47,280 nt of DNA from a virus (lineage: Duplodnaviria; Caudoviricetes). The stretch is from positions 1 through 47,280 of the IMG/VR virus record IMGVR_UViG_3300032225_001750. One strand, 5' to 3'. Below the pieces are notes generated by a model. The model ran no database searches. It saw nothing but the letters and a program-made list of their open reading frames with translations, and had not been told where the DNA came from. The stretch's first letter is position 1. Every line of letters begins with the position of its first letter. Shown piece after piece: positions 39,742 through 47,280 of the stretch. Position numbers and translations under genes: made by a program.

Positions 39742-40238
39742 CTTGGATCCTGTCTGTGATGGAACAGGCCTTGCAAGTATTGTTCTGGCCACCCATGATA
39801 AAATCCTCGGGAGGCCATTTGCTGGGCTTTGGTATTGAGATCACTCAATCCTTGTATCAATGCCAACGCATAAGTTCCTTGATTCATTGAGACACCGTTT
39901 ACAATTTCGGGATCCGCAGGGTGATCTTCCATGGCAATCAAGTCTCTGGGCACAAGTGTTTCTTGATTAGCAAGTTCTATACTGTTGGCAAATAACTCAC
40001 GTGACCATTCCGCAGGATCGTACGCATAGATCACAACTTCGTAGTTGTCCATGCCGTATCTTGCTCGATTCTTTAGATCATACAAGGGATCCATACCTAG
40101 AAACACACCATATGTCTTTTTGAGTCTTGCTGACCGTGCAAACGGACAAGGAGGAAAACCTCCTAGACTGGGGTGTGGAACTTCTACAAAGTTCTTGATC
40201 CAGGATTCTATATCTTTTTTAACTTGTTCCAGTTCCAT
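39738..40238 (-). CDS. DUF1415-like protein
   Basis: 166 aa. W...FVE.......CPFA, DHP and L..Q....L......L...G.Y..W motifs. Confidence 0.5.
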   Translation of the reverse strand: MELEQVKKDIESWIKNFVEVPHPSLGGFPPCPFARSARLKKTYGVFLGMDPLYDLKNRARYGMDNYEVVIYAYDPAEWSRELFANSIELANQETLVPRDLIAMEDHPADPEIVNGVSMNQGTYALALIQGLSDLNTKAQQMASRGFYHGWPEQYLQGLFHHRQDPR

Positions 40239-40426
40239 TAGAAGAAAGGTAATTTTGACGTTTTGGTTGTTTCAAGATTGCTCTTGATCAGTTCTGCGAT
40301 CAATGTACGTTCTTGATAACTCATGTTCATGACATCTTCGTATGTGCCACCGCCACGCATGTGCCAACTCATTTTTAAACAGTTTGCCTTGACATCATTT
40401 GCCTCCTCTTCCATGCGATCAATCAT
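40238..40426 (-). CDS. Baseplate hub assembly catalyst / tail chaperone, gp51-like (probably also the -1 frameshift extension of the gp26-like gene)
   Basis: 62 aa from ATG 40426. W.MRGG..Y....NM...ER...... resembles gp51/GT-type chaperone C-termini. The frame is open back through the slippery site at 40468-40474. Confidence 0.6.
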   Translation of the reverse strand: MIDRMEEEANDVKANCLKMSWHMRGGGTYEDVMNMSYQERTLIAELIKSNLETTKTSKLPFF

Positions 40427-40452
40427 GGCAGAAATTTCTTCAGTCGACAGGC

Positions 40453-41298
40453 TTAGGAGGCGACGCCGAAAAAAGCGGCTTGATCCAAGGTGAGAGTTTG
40501 TTCGTGTTTGTGACTGCAATTGTGGCATTCAACTTCAAAAGGTTTAACATCAGAAGAATTGCGTAGTTCAATAACTCGATCCCGTATTTCCGTATATAGT
40601 TTACGATCACAGTTGACCAGGAAGTCACGGATAAAATCAATTTCAGTTACCAAGGCATCGGGTGTGCGTATACTGGCAATACTGTATTTGAGAGTTTCAA
40701 TTGTGAGTTCGGTGATCAGATGCATGGTTTCGTTGAGTCGTTTGATTTTTTCCTCATCGCTCATGTTAGGATCATTCTGAATCTGTTGCACACTACGCTG
40801 TTGCTCGTACTGTTTAAGACCTACCTGACTTTGACTGCGATAACTCACAGGCATGAGTGTGATTTCCAAATCACCATACTGGATTGGAGTGTCATAATCG
40901 GGCTCTCTGATACTGTCAAGCACCATGCGCAAATCAACGCCAAAGTCAGACTCAGTTTCGCACTTGGGGCATTTAGTAGCAATTTCCATTTCATGTCCGT
41001 AACTGGCAATTCTAATAGCAATCAGCACAGCATTCAAATCAAGTCCGGGTATTTCCCAGGCATTTTTAATATTGGGTACACAACTGTGAATCACGTTGAT
41101 CACAGCCTGTCCGTTGAATAGTGCGTCTGGAGTACGATATGTAATTTCATCTATAGCAGTCATAGGATATACTGGCAATTCTTTGTTTTCGGGCATGGTC
41201 AATGCTGTGGTAGGCCAATGGCGGCCACCCGATGGTAAACTCAAATAAATGGCTGGTTGTCTAAAAAATTGTTTCAGCGGGTTCGCAGTTTGGGGCAT
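40453..41298 (-). CDS. gp26: Baseplate hub assembly chaperone, gp26-like
   Basis: 281 aa. LPS.G...V.PMT..DE, D..A.LIAIR.ASYG..., CPKC and C-terminal CHNC, typical of gp26-like proteins. Confidence 0.7.
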   Translation of the reverse strand: MPQTANPLKQFFRQPAIYLSLPSGGRHWPTTALTMPENKELPVYPMTAIDEITYRTPDALFNGQAVINVIHSCVPNIKNAWEIPGLDLNAVLIAIRIASYGHEMEIATKCPKCETESDFGVDLRMVLDSIREPDYDTPIQYGDLEITLMPVSYRSQSQVGLKQYEQQRSVQQIQNDPNMSDEEKIKRLNETMHLITELTIETLKYSIASIRTPDALVTEIDFIRDFLVNCDRKLYTEIRDRVIELRNSSDVKPFEVECHNCSHKHEQTLTLDQAAFFGVAS

Positions 41299-41306
41299 AT
41301 TTCACC

Positions 41307-41328
41307 TATAAATATATCTATACTTATG
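41307..41328. promoter_or_regulatory. Pair of oppositely oriented late promoters: TATAAATA (+, 41307-41314) and CATAAGTA (-, 41321-41328)
   Basis: Both lie in the 40-bp gap between the divergent gp26-like and tape-measure-like genes. Confidence 0.6.
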
Positions 41329-41338
41329 GGTTTAAAAC

Positions 41339-44083
41339 ATGTCTGAAAATATCTCTGAAACACAACGACAACTTTCTGAAGCAATGGCCGCAGTTCAGCG
41401 AGATATGGCCGCATATGGACAAGTCACTAGAGAAACTGCTGATCAGAGAAAAGACGCAGAGATGAAGGCCAAATATGGCATCAATAACTTCACAGCTGGC
41501 ACACAGCAGGCTGCCAAATCACTAGAATCACTGGGCTCTGCACTGTTGGCAGGAGCCAAGGCCATGGCCGAAGGTCGAAAAGGTGCAGCCGCTATGAACG
41601 GAGCACTGGATGAACTAGCTCAAGCAGCCACGGCAGCAAGTGCGGCCCTGGCCTTTATGATACCCGGTGGTATCATAGTCAAAGCCTTTGTTGCGGCCTT
41701 GGGCATGGGCACTGTGGCCATGATCAAGTTCAATCAAATGACACTGGAAGCAGTGGACAAACTGCACAAGGGCTATCAGGGCATGTACAAGTCAGGTGCA
41801 GCTGCCAGTGATGGTATGTCAGGAGTGTTTAAAGATGCCAAAAAACTAGGACTCAGCATGGGCGAACTGGATAGTTTTGTTCAGTTGGTTGCTGAAAATT
41901 CCAAAGACTTTGCACTGTTTGCCGGGTCAGTAGGTGATGGAAGAAAACGTCTGGCAGACATGGGACAGGCTCTTGATTCAAGCCGTGTGTCATTGTTCAA
42001 TCTGGGCATGACTACTCAAGACATCAATTCAGGCATGGCTGGCTATATCAAACTGCAAACAAGACTGGGACAGGCACAACGCATGACCACAGACCAGTTG
42101 GCAGCCGGTGCATTGAATTACTTGAAAGAACAAGATGCACTGGCCAAACTCACTGGTCAAAGTCGCCAAGAGATGGAACAGCAACGTGAACGTGCGTTGC
42201 AGAAAGAACAATTTGCAGCCAAGGTTCAAGAACTGCGCAACAACGGACAAGGAGACGCCGCAGAAAGATTGATGAAATTAAATTCAATCTATGAAGCCGC
42301 TGGCCCGCAAATGGCCGCTGCCTTTCAGGCATCTGTTACGGGCAACTTGTCAAATGCAGATGCACAAAAAGCCAATCTAGCTACCAATGGTGAATTGATT
42401 CGTACCACGCAATTGGTGATTGACGGAAGAATGAGCGAGGTCCAGGCCGCCCAGGCCACTGGTCAAGCTATCAAACAAACAGCCAACACCATAGGTACCA
42501 CACTGGGGCAATTTGGTGCCTACAACAACACATTCGGTGAATTGCATGAACAGTTGAAACTGGCACAAATGTCTGAAGGTGACCTGGTCAAGAACTATGA
42601 AAAAATACTAGCGGATCAAAAGAAACAACTGTCAGGCACAGACGGATTGACTGCACTAATGTCCAATACTGTTCAGGCACAAATAAAAGCCAATGAAATG
42701 ATGGAAACAACCATGATGGCTAATGCAGGTTCTGCAATCGCTATGGCCAACAGCATGCAAGATGCGTCAATGAAGGCTGCTGATGCAATGATAAAATTTG
42801 TTGAGAAAATCATGGAATCCATCGATGCACTGGGCAAGTTCTTGGAAAAACTAGTGCCTGGACAGAGTGGCCTGAGCACAGGTATTGACTTGGCGGCCAC
42901 TGGTGCTGGGGCCGCCGAAGGTGCGGCACTGGGATTCCAGGCTGGTACTTTGATCACAGCACTAACTGGTGGTACTGGTGCACTTGCGATTCCACTTCTC
43001 ACAGCACTGGGTGGCATAGGCGGCGGGTTGGGTGGCCATGCTCTAGTTGAGATGCTGAGTGGTCGTGCGGCAGGCGGCCCAGTTGGCAAAGACACTCCTT
43101 ATGTGGTGGGTGAGAATGGTCCAGAGATTTTTGTGCCAAAAACTTCAGGAGATATTGTACCTAACAACCGACTTAGTACAGGTGCTGCCATAGGTGGCAA
43201 CTTCTCCACAGCCATTGACGACATGTACAAGGACGTAAAAACACAAGAAAAAACACTTGATGCGGATACACAACGTCAGAAACAATTTAGTGACTTACAA
43301 AAACGTTATTTTGATACCTATGGCGGTTTCATGAAAGACGTGATTGAACAAGTGGAAGACAATGATCCCAAGGATGCCTCATCCACAATTGGTCGCATGT
43401 TCTCGGGCATGATGGGCATGCTTGGCGGCGGCGGCCTGCAAATGCCCAAAGCATCAAACATCATGGGCATGGGCGGTGGTCAAGGCCTACAAGCAACATC
43501 ACAAGCAGACTTGACAAGAATGGGCCTCAATGTCAAGTCAGGCGATGCACAAGCCGCTGGTGCAGGCATCAGTCCCAAACTGATCGAAATGGCCCGAGCC
43601 ATACAGTCAGGTGTGCCAGGGTTCGGCTACTTCTCAGCGTTCAACGATCGATTTCATCAAGAAAACGCATCATCCAGCAAACACACACAAGGCCTGGCCA
43701 CCGACTTTACCCTGGCCCAGGCACCCAGCGCACAGGATGGAAAACAAATCACCAACTGGCTCAAAAGCATGGGTGCCAGCCTGGCCATAGATGAGTACAA
43801 CAATCCCAGTTCAAAAGCCACCGCAGGACACTTCCACGTGGAGATTCCGGCCTTTGAATACGGTGGTAATATACCCGCAGGCCAATTGGGCATTGCAGGA
43901 GAGAATGGCAAGCCAGAAATAGTCACTGGGCCAGCATCCGTAACATCAAACAACGACATCATGGGTGCATTCAATGCCATGAACGGCCTGTTGGCACAGT
44001 CAGTTGGCAAACTAGATGATCTGTTGCGAGCACAAAAAGACAACAATGATATCTCCAACAAGATGTTGCGTATGCAAACTTGA
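41339..44083 (+). CDS. Tape-measure-like protein with C-terminal M15-type Zn peptidase domain
   Basis: 914 aa. Long Ala/Gln/Met-rich helical region, Gly-rich hydrophobic stretch, two A.GG....GE.G.E motifs, and SKH..GLA.D...HFH between them. Confidence 0.7.
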   Translation: MSENISETQRQLSEAMAAVQRDMAAYGQVTRETADQRKDAEMKAKYGINNFTAGTQQAAKSLESLGSALLAGAKAMAEGRKGAAAMNGALDELAQAATAASAALAFMIPGGIIVKAFVAALGMGTVAMIKFNQMTLEAVDKLHKGYQGMYKSGAAASDGMSGVFKDAKKLGLSMGELDSFVQLVAENSKDFALFAGSVGDGRKRLADMGQALDSSRVSLFNLGMTTQDINSGMAGYIKLQTRLGQAQRMTTDQLAAGALNYLKEQDALAKLTGQSRQEMEQQRERALQKEQFAAKVQELRNNGQGDAAERLMKLNSIYEAAGPQMAAAFQASVTGNLSNADAQKANLATNGELIRTTQLVIDGRMSEVQAAQATGQAIKQTANTIGTTLGQFGAYNNTFGELHEQLKLAQMSEGDLVKNYEKILADQKKQLSGTDGLTALMSNTVQAQIKANEMMETTMMANAGSAIAMANSMQDASMKAADAMIKFVEKIMESIDALGKFLEKLVPGQSGLSTGIDLAATGAGAAEGAALGFQAGTLITALTGGTGALAIPLLTALGGIGGGLGGHALVEMLSGRAAGGPVGKDTPYVVGENGPEIFVPKTSGDIVPNNRLSTGAAIGGNFSTAIDDMYKDVKTQEKTLDADTQRQKQFSDLQKRYFDTYGGFMKDVIEQVEDNDPKDASSTIGRMFSGMMGMLGGGGLQMPKASNIMGMGGGQGLQATSQADLTRMGLNVKSGDAQAAGAGISPKLIEMARAIQSGVPGFGYFSAFNDRFHQENASSSKHTQGLATDFTLAQAPSAQDGKQITNWLKSMGASLAIDEYNNPSSKATAGHFHVEIPAFEYGGNIPAGQLGIAGENGKPEIVTGPASVTSNNDIMGAFNAMNGLLAQSVGKLDDLLRAQKDNNDISNKMLRMQT

Positions 44084-44087
44084 TCAC

Positions 44088-44095
44088 GGTAAATA
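44088..44095 (+). promoter_or_regulatory. Late promoter-like GGTAAATA
   Basis: TAAATA core 7 nt upstream of the portal ATG. Confidence 0.55.
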
Positions 44096-44102
44096 AACTA
44101 CT

Positions 44103-45887
44103 ATGGCAGATACAAAACAAGGCTCTTGGCGCAAATACTTCAAGGTTGCAGACAATTCTGGCTCAATGAGCCCAATATCAGGCACAAATCAATTTGGTTT
44201 ACCCAACTACCCCCGCAACGACGGCAACAATGGTTCAGCACAAGCAGACTTTGTGTTTCGTAACTATGCCAGCAGACTGCCAGAAGTGTACTCTGGCCAC
44301 CCCAACCGTGTGGAGCGTTACAACCAGTACGAAAACATGGACATGGACTCGGAAGTCAATGCCTGCTTGGACATCATTGCTGAGTTCTCCACACAACTGA
44401 GCGAAACCAACGGCACACCTTTTGATGTAAAGTATCACGACAAGCCCACAGATCACGAAATTGAAATTATCAAGAAGCAGATGCAACAGTGGGTCAAACT
44501 CAACAAACTAGATCAGCGTATCTTCAAACTGTTCCGCAACACCATCAAGTACGGTGATCAAGTGTTTGTGCGTGATCCAGAAACATTTGAAATGTACTGG
44601 GTTGACATGAGTAAAATCATGCGTATCATTGTGAACGAATCCGAAGGCAAACGTCCTGAGCAGTACGTGATTCGTGACATCAACCCCAACTTTCAGAATA
44701 TGACTGTGGCAGCCAAGACTACCACAGACTACATGACCAATCCTGTGACAGGTACCATATCAGGATCATCAAACTACACCATGCCCAACGGTGGTGCCGG
44801 AGGCGGTGTGGGCAACAGCAGATTTATGCAGGCCATGAATGAAGCCACAATTGATGCCAAGCACGTGGTACATTGCAGTTTGAACGAAGGCTTGGATGTG
44901 TTCTGGCCGTTTGGACGCAGTATTCTAGAACAAATTTACAAGGTCTACAAGCAGAAAGAACTGCTGGAAGACGCTATTCTTATCTATCGTGTGAGTCGTG
45001 CTCCTGAGCGACGAATCTTCAAGATTGACGTGGGCAACATGCCCAGTCACTTGGCCATGCAGTTTGTTGAGCGTGTGAAAAACGAAATGCATCAGCGCCG
45101 AATCCCTACCATAACAGGTGGCGGACAAAACATGATGGATTCAAGCTACAATCCACTTAGTATCAATGAAGACTACTTCTTTCCCCAGGGACAAGACGGA
45201 CGTGGTTCATCAGTAGAAACATTACAAGGCGGTGCTAATCTTGGTGAAATTGACGACTTAAAGTACTTTAACAACAAGATGGCACGTGGTTTGCGTGTGC
45301 CATCAAGTTACTTGCCCACTGGTCCTGACGATTCTGACCGTGCTTTGAGCGACGGAAAAGTAGGCACAGCACTGATACAAGAGTACAGATTCAACCAGTA
45401 TTGTGAACGTTTACAGGCGTTAATTGCTCAAAAACTAGACGACGAATTCAAGATGTTCTTGAAGTGGCGCGGGTTTAACATAGACTCGGGCCTGTTCAGC
45501 CTGGGCTTTAATGCACCTCAAAACTTTGCCAGTTACCGTCAAAGTGAACTGGACAACACACGCATCCAGGCGTTTATGCAGTTGGAACCCTTGCCTTATA
45601 TGTCAAAGCGTTTCTTGCTTGAACGTTTCTTGGGCTTGACTGAAAGTGAAATCAAAGACAACGAAGACATGTGGCGTGAAGAACGTGAAGATCCAGAACT
45701 CAAGGTTGCTGGCAGTGACCTACGTGCTGTGGGCATCAGCCCAGGTGCCATGCAAACAGACATTGAAACTGGTGAAGAAATTGGTCAAATGGAACCAGCA
45801 GGAGTGGGTACACCTGAAGTGGGTTCAGCACCTGCAGGTCCTGTGGTACCTGGAGGCGTGGGCGGCGCAGGCGCTCCGGCAGCATAA
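44103..45887 (+). CDS. gp20: Portal vertex protein, T4 gp20-like
   Basis: 594 aa. Y..M....EV..., LLEDA..IYR..RAPERRIF.IDVGNMP...A, EDYF.P....GRGS.VETL.GG.NLGEIDD..YF..K..R.L.VP.S. Confidence 0.95.
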   Translation: MADTKQGSWRKYFKVADNSGSMSPISGTNQFGLPNYPRNDGNNGSAQADFVFRNYASRLPEVYSGHPNRVERYNQYENMDMDSEVNACLDIIAEFSTQLSETNGTPFDVKYHDKPTDHEIEIIKKQMQQWVKLNKLDQRIFKLFRNTIKYGDQVFVRDPETFEMYWVDMSKIMRIIVNESEGKRPEQYVIRDINPNFQNMTVAAKTTTDYMTNPVTGTISGSSNYTMPNGGAGGGVGNSRFMQAMNEATIDAKHVVHCSLNEGLDVFWPFGRSILEQIYKVYKQKELLEDAILIYRVSRAPERRIFKIDVGNMPSHLAMQFVERVKNEMHQRRIPTITGGGQNMMDSSYNPLSINEDYFFPQGQDGRGSSVETLQGGANLGEIDDLKYFNNKMARGLRVPSSYLPTGPDDSDRALSDGKVGTALIQEYRFNQYCERLQALIAQKLDDEFKMFLKWRGFNIDSGLFSLGFNAPQNFASYRQSELDNTRIQAFMQLEPLPYMSKRFLLERFLGLTESEIKDNEDMWREEREDPELKVAGSDLRAVGISPGAMQTDIETGEEIGQMEPAGVGTPEVGSAPAGPVVPGGVGGAGAPAA

Positions 45888-45890
45888 ATA
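45883..45890 (+). promoter_or_regulatory. Late promoter-like CATAAATA
   Basis: Overlaps the portal stop codon, 5 nt upstream of ATG 45896. Confidence 0.55.
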
Positions 45891-45895
45891 TTCCT

Positions 45896-46117
45896 ATGAT
45901 ACTACATGAATTTTGGCACAAAGATCCCCAAGCCTATCAGGATCTAGCACAAGACAACAGCCAAACACAACTGGGCGACATGCGTAAAACGCATCTAACT
46001 CTGCGTCAGTTGAACAAACTGCGCAAGATGAATGATGTGCGCACAGTTGAATACAAAGAAAAACTCAAATTGGTGCGTCAGCAGTATGCGCCTGCTCCTG
46101 AAGCACCGGCGATGTAA
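45896..46117 (+). CDS. Small head-module protein (hypothetical)
   Basis: 73 aa between portal and scaffold, with a basic RK..LTL.QLNKLR.M...R motif. Confidence 0.65.
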   Translation: MILHEFWHKDPQAYQDLAQDNSQTQLGDMRKTHLTLRQLNKLRKMNDVRTVEYKEKLKLVRQQYAPAPEAPAM

Positions 46118-46163
46118 TTTATCGTCATTTCGACCCCATAAACCGCGTCTTTTTCTCCTAGTG

Positions 46164-46171
46164 TGTAAATA
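46164..46171 (+). promoter_or_regulatory. Late promoter-like TGTAAATA followed by AGGAG RBS
   Basis: TAAATA core upstream of the scaffold gene, inside the inverted repeat GTGTAA/TTACAC (46163-46180). Confidence 0.55.
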
Positions 46172-46202
46172 GCATTACACTTTAACCTATAGGAGTTTCC
46201 TT

Positions 46203-47072
46203 ATGAATAGATTTGAACAATTGATCGAATACGTGATCAATGATGAAGACGCAAAAGCTCGCGAACTTTTCCATGACATCGTTGTGGCCAAAAGTCGTGA
46301 GATTTACGAAAACTTGATGCAAGAAGAAGCCGAAGAAGACCTTGATGAGTCTGCTGAGGAAGAACTTGACGAGTCCGAAGAAGAAGAGATGGATGACGAA
46401 GAAGAGGAAGATCTAGACGAAGGCGCCATGGGCGGCGACGCTAGTGACGACTTGATCGACAACATCGAAGCCGACGAATCGCAAGACATGAGCATGGAAA
46501 GCGCAGAGGAAGACATGGATGAAGATCACATGGAACCCGACGCTGACAACATGGGTGGTCCAAGTGATCATGACAGTGACAACGAGCCAGCCACCAAAGA
46601 CGACATCATGAATTTAGAAGACAAATTGGACCAGTTGATGGCCGAATTTGAAGACTTGATGGGCGACAGCATGGGCGGCAACGGCGACGGTTTTGGTCCT
46701 GATGAAGGCGGTGACGCAATTGAAATGGACGACACAGAAGAAATGGAAGGCATGATGGAAGCAGTGACATTGAAAGCCGCTCCTAAGCCCGTTACTTCTG
46801 AAGAAGGCGGCGTCAACAAGCGTTCCACAGTGAGTGCAAATTCGGGTGCTAAAGGCCCAATTGGCAACACAGTCAAGCCAGTACACACAGGTGGCGAAGG
46901 CGGCGGCAAGCATGATGCAGCCGGCGCATACAGCAACCAGACTAAAGACTTGATCGGCCAGGTGGGTAACACACCTGCTCAGTCCAAAGGCCAACAACCC
47001 AAGCCTGCTACCAAGCCACATTTGGCACAAGCAACAGGTGTTAACACAAAGAGCCCAGTGGCACGCGGTTAA
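46203..47072 (+). CDS. Acidic prohead core / scaffold-like protein
   Basis: 289 aa, extremely D/E-rich, between portal and prohead protease, with repeated LDE motifs. Confidence 0.6.
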   Translation: MNRFEQLIEYVINDEDAKARELFHDIVVAKSREIYENLMQEEAEEDLDESAEEELDESEEEEMDDEEEEDLDEGAMGGDASDDLIDNIEADESQDMSMESAEEDMDEDHMEPDADNMGGPSDHDSDNEPATKDDIMNLEDKLDQLMAEFEDLMGDSMGGNGDGFGPDEGGDAIEMDDTEEMEGMMEAVTLKAAPKPVTSEEGGVNKRSTVSANSGAKGPIGNTVKPVHTGGEGGGKHDAAGAYSNQTKDLIGQVGNTPAQSKGQQPKPATKPHLAQATGVNTKSPVARG

Positions 47073-47075
47073 TAC

Positions 47076-47280
47076 ATGAAAACGCTAAGAGAACAACTTA
47101 CCTTTAATCAGGCCAATATCCAGGTTCTAGAAGAATCTGGTCCTGATGGCCAGGGTAAGCACCTCTATTTGAAAGGCATTTGTATTGAAGGCAACAAGCG
47201 CAATGCAAATGACCGCGTCTATCCCATGCACGAAATCAGCAAGGCAGTTAACACAATTAATGAGCAAATCAAAAGCGGTA
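47076..47280 (+). CDS. gp21: Prohead protease, T4 gp21-like (runs off the right edge)
   Basis: Not in the ORF track. MKTLREQLTF...KHLYLKGICIEGNKRNANDRVYP matches the gp21 LY..GI......N.N.RVYP N-terminal motif. Confidence 0.85.
   Translation, partial: MKTLREQLTFNQANIQVLEESGPDGQGKHLYLKGICIEGNKRNANDRVYPMHEISKAVNTINEQIKSG

Noticed and set aside
40427-40528. Upstream start for the gp51-like ORF (96-aa call)
   Set aside because: The first ~18 codons overlap gp26 with a non-ATG start. The open frame is better explained by the -1 slippery site.
46304-47030. Ser-rich and other antisense ORFs over the scaffold gene
   Set aside because: They are reverse-complement products of the GAA/GAC-rich acidic coding sequence.
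1-47280. Alternative genetic code (stop codon reassignment)
   Set aside because: Very long ORFs are intact under the standard code, and TAA, TAG and TGA all end genes at sensible junctions.

Overview
This window is part of a large lytic myovirus genome with a divergent T4-superfamily-like gene set, read in the standard genetic code. No host, integrase, tRNA or CRISPR signal is visible. From 1 to 30640 (- strand) is a tail and baseplate operon: a fibre with an autocleaving chaperone domain, a 4732-aa giant wedge/fibre protein, and gp6-, gp25-, gp5-, hub-, gp53- and tube-cap-like genes. From 30755 to 36487 (+) lie the gp55 late sigma factor, gp47/gp46 (Mre11/Rad50-like) bracketed by two SGNH-like paralogs, and a short GIY-YIG nuclease. 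That nuclease is followed directly by about 415 nt of ORF-free sequence that folds by eye into a closed, possibly pseudoknotted RNA of about 270 nt plus 3' hairpins. From 36905 to 41298 (-) is a tightly coupled operon: gp26-like and gp51-like chaperones joined by an in-frame U_UUU_UUC -1 slippery site, then DUF1415-like, aminoacyl-transferase-like, DUF6614-like, hypothetical and B12-radical SAM genes. From 41339 to 47280 (+) are a tape-measure-like protein with an M15-type peptidase domain, the portal, a scaffold and the prohead protease. NNTAAATA late-promoter motifs precede most structural genes. The best candidates for new biology are the GIY-YIG plus structured ncRNA pair, the frameshift, and the enzyme cassette co-transcribed with tail chaperones. 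All family assignments come from motif recognition by eye, not database searches.
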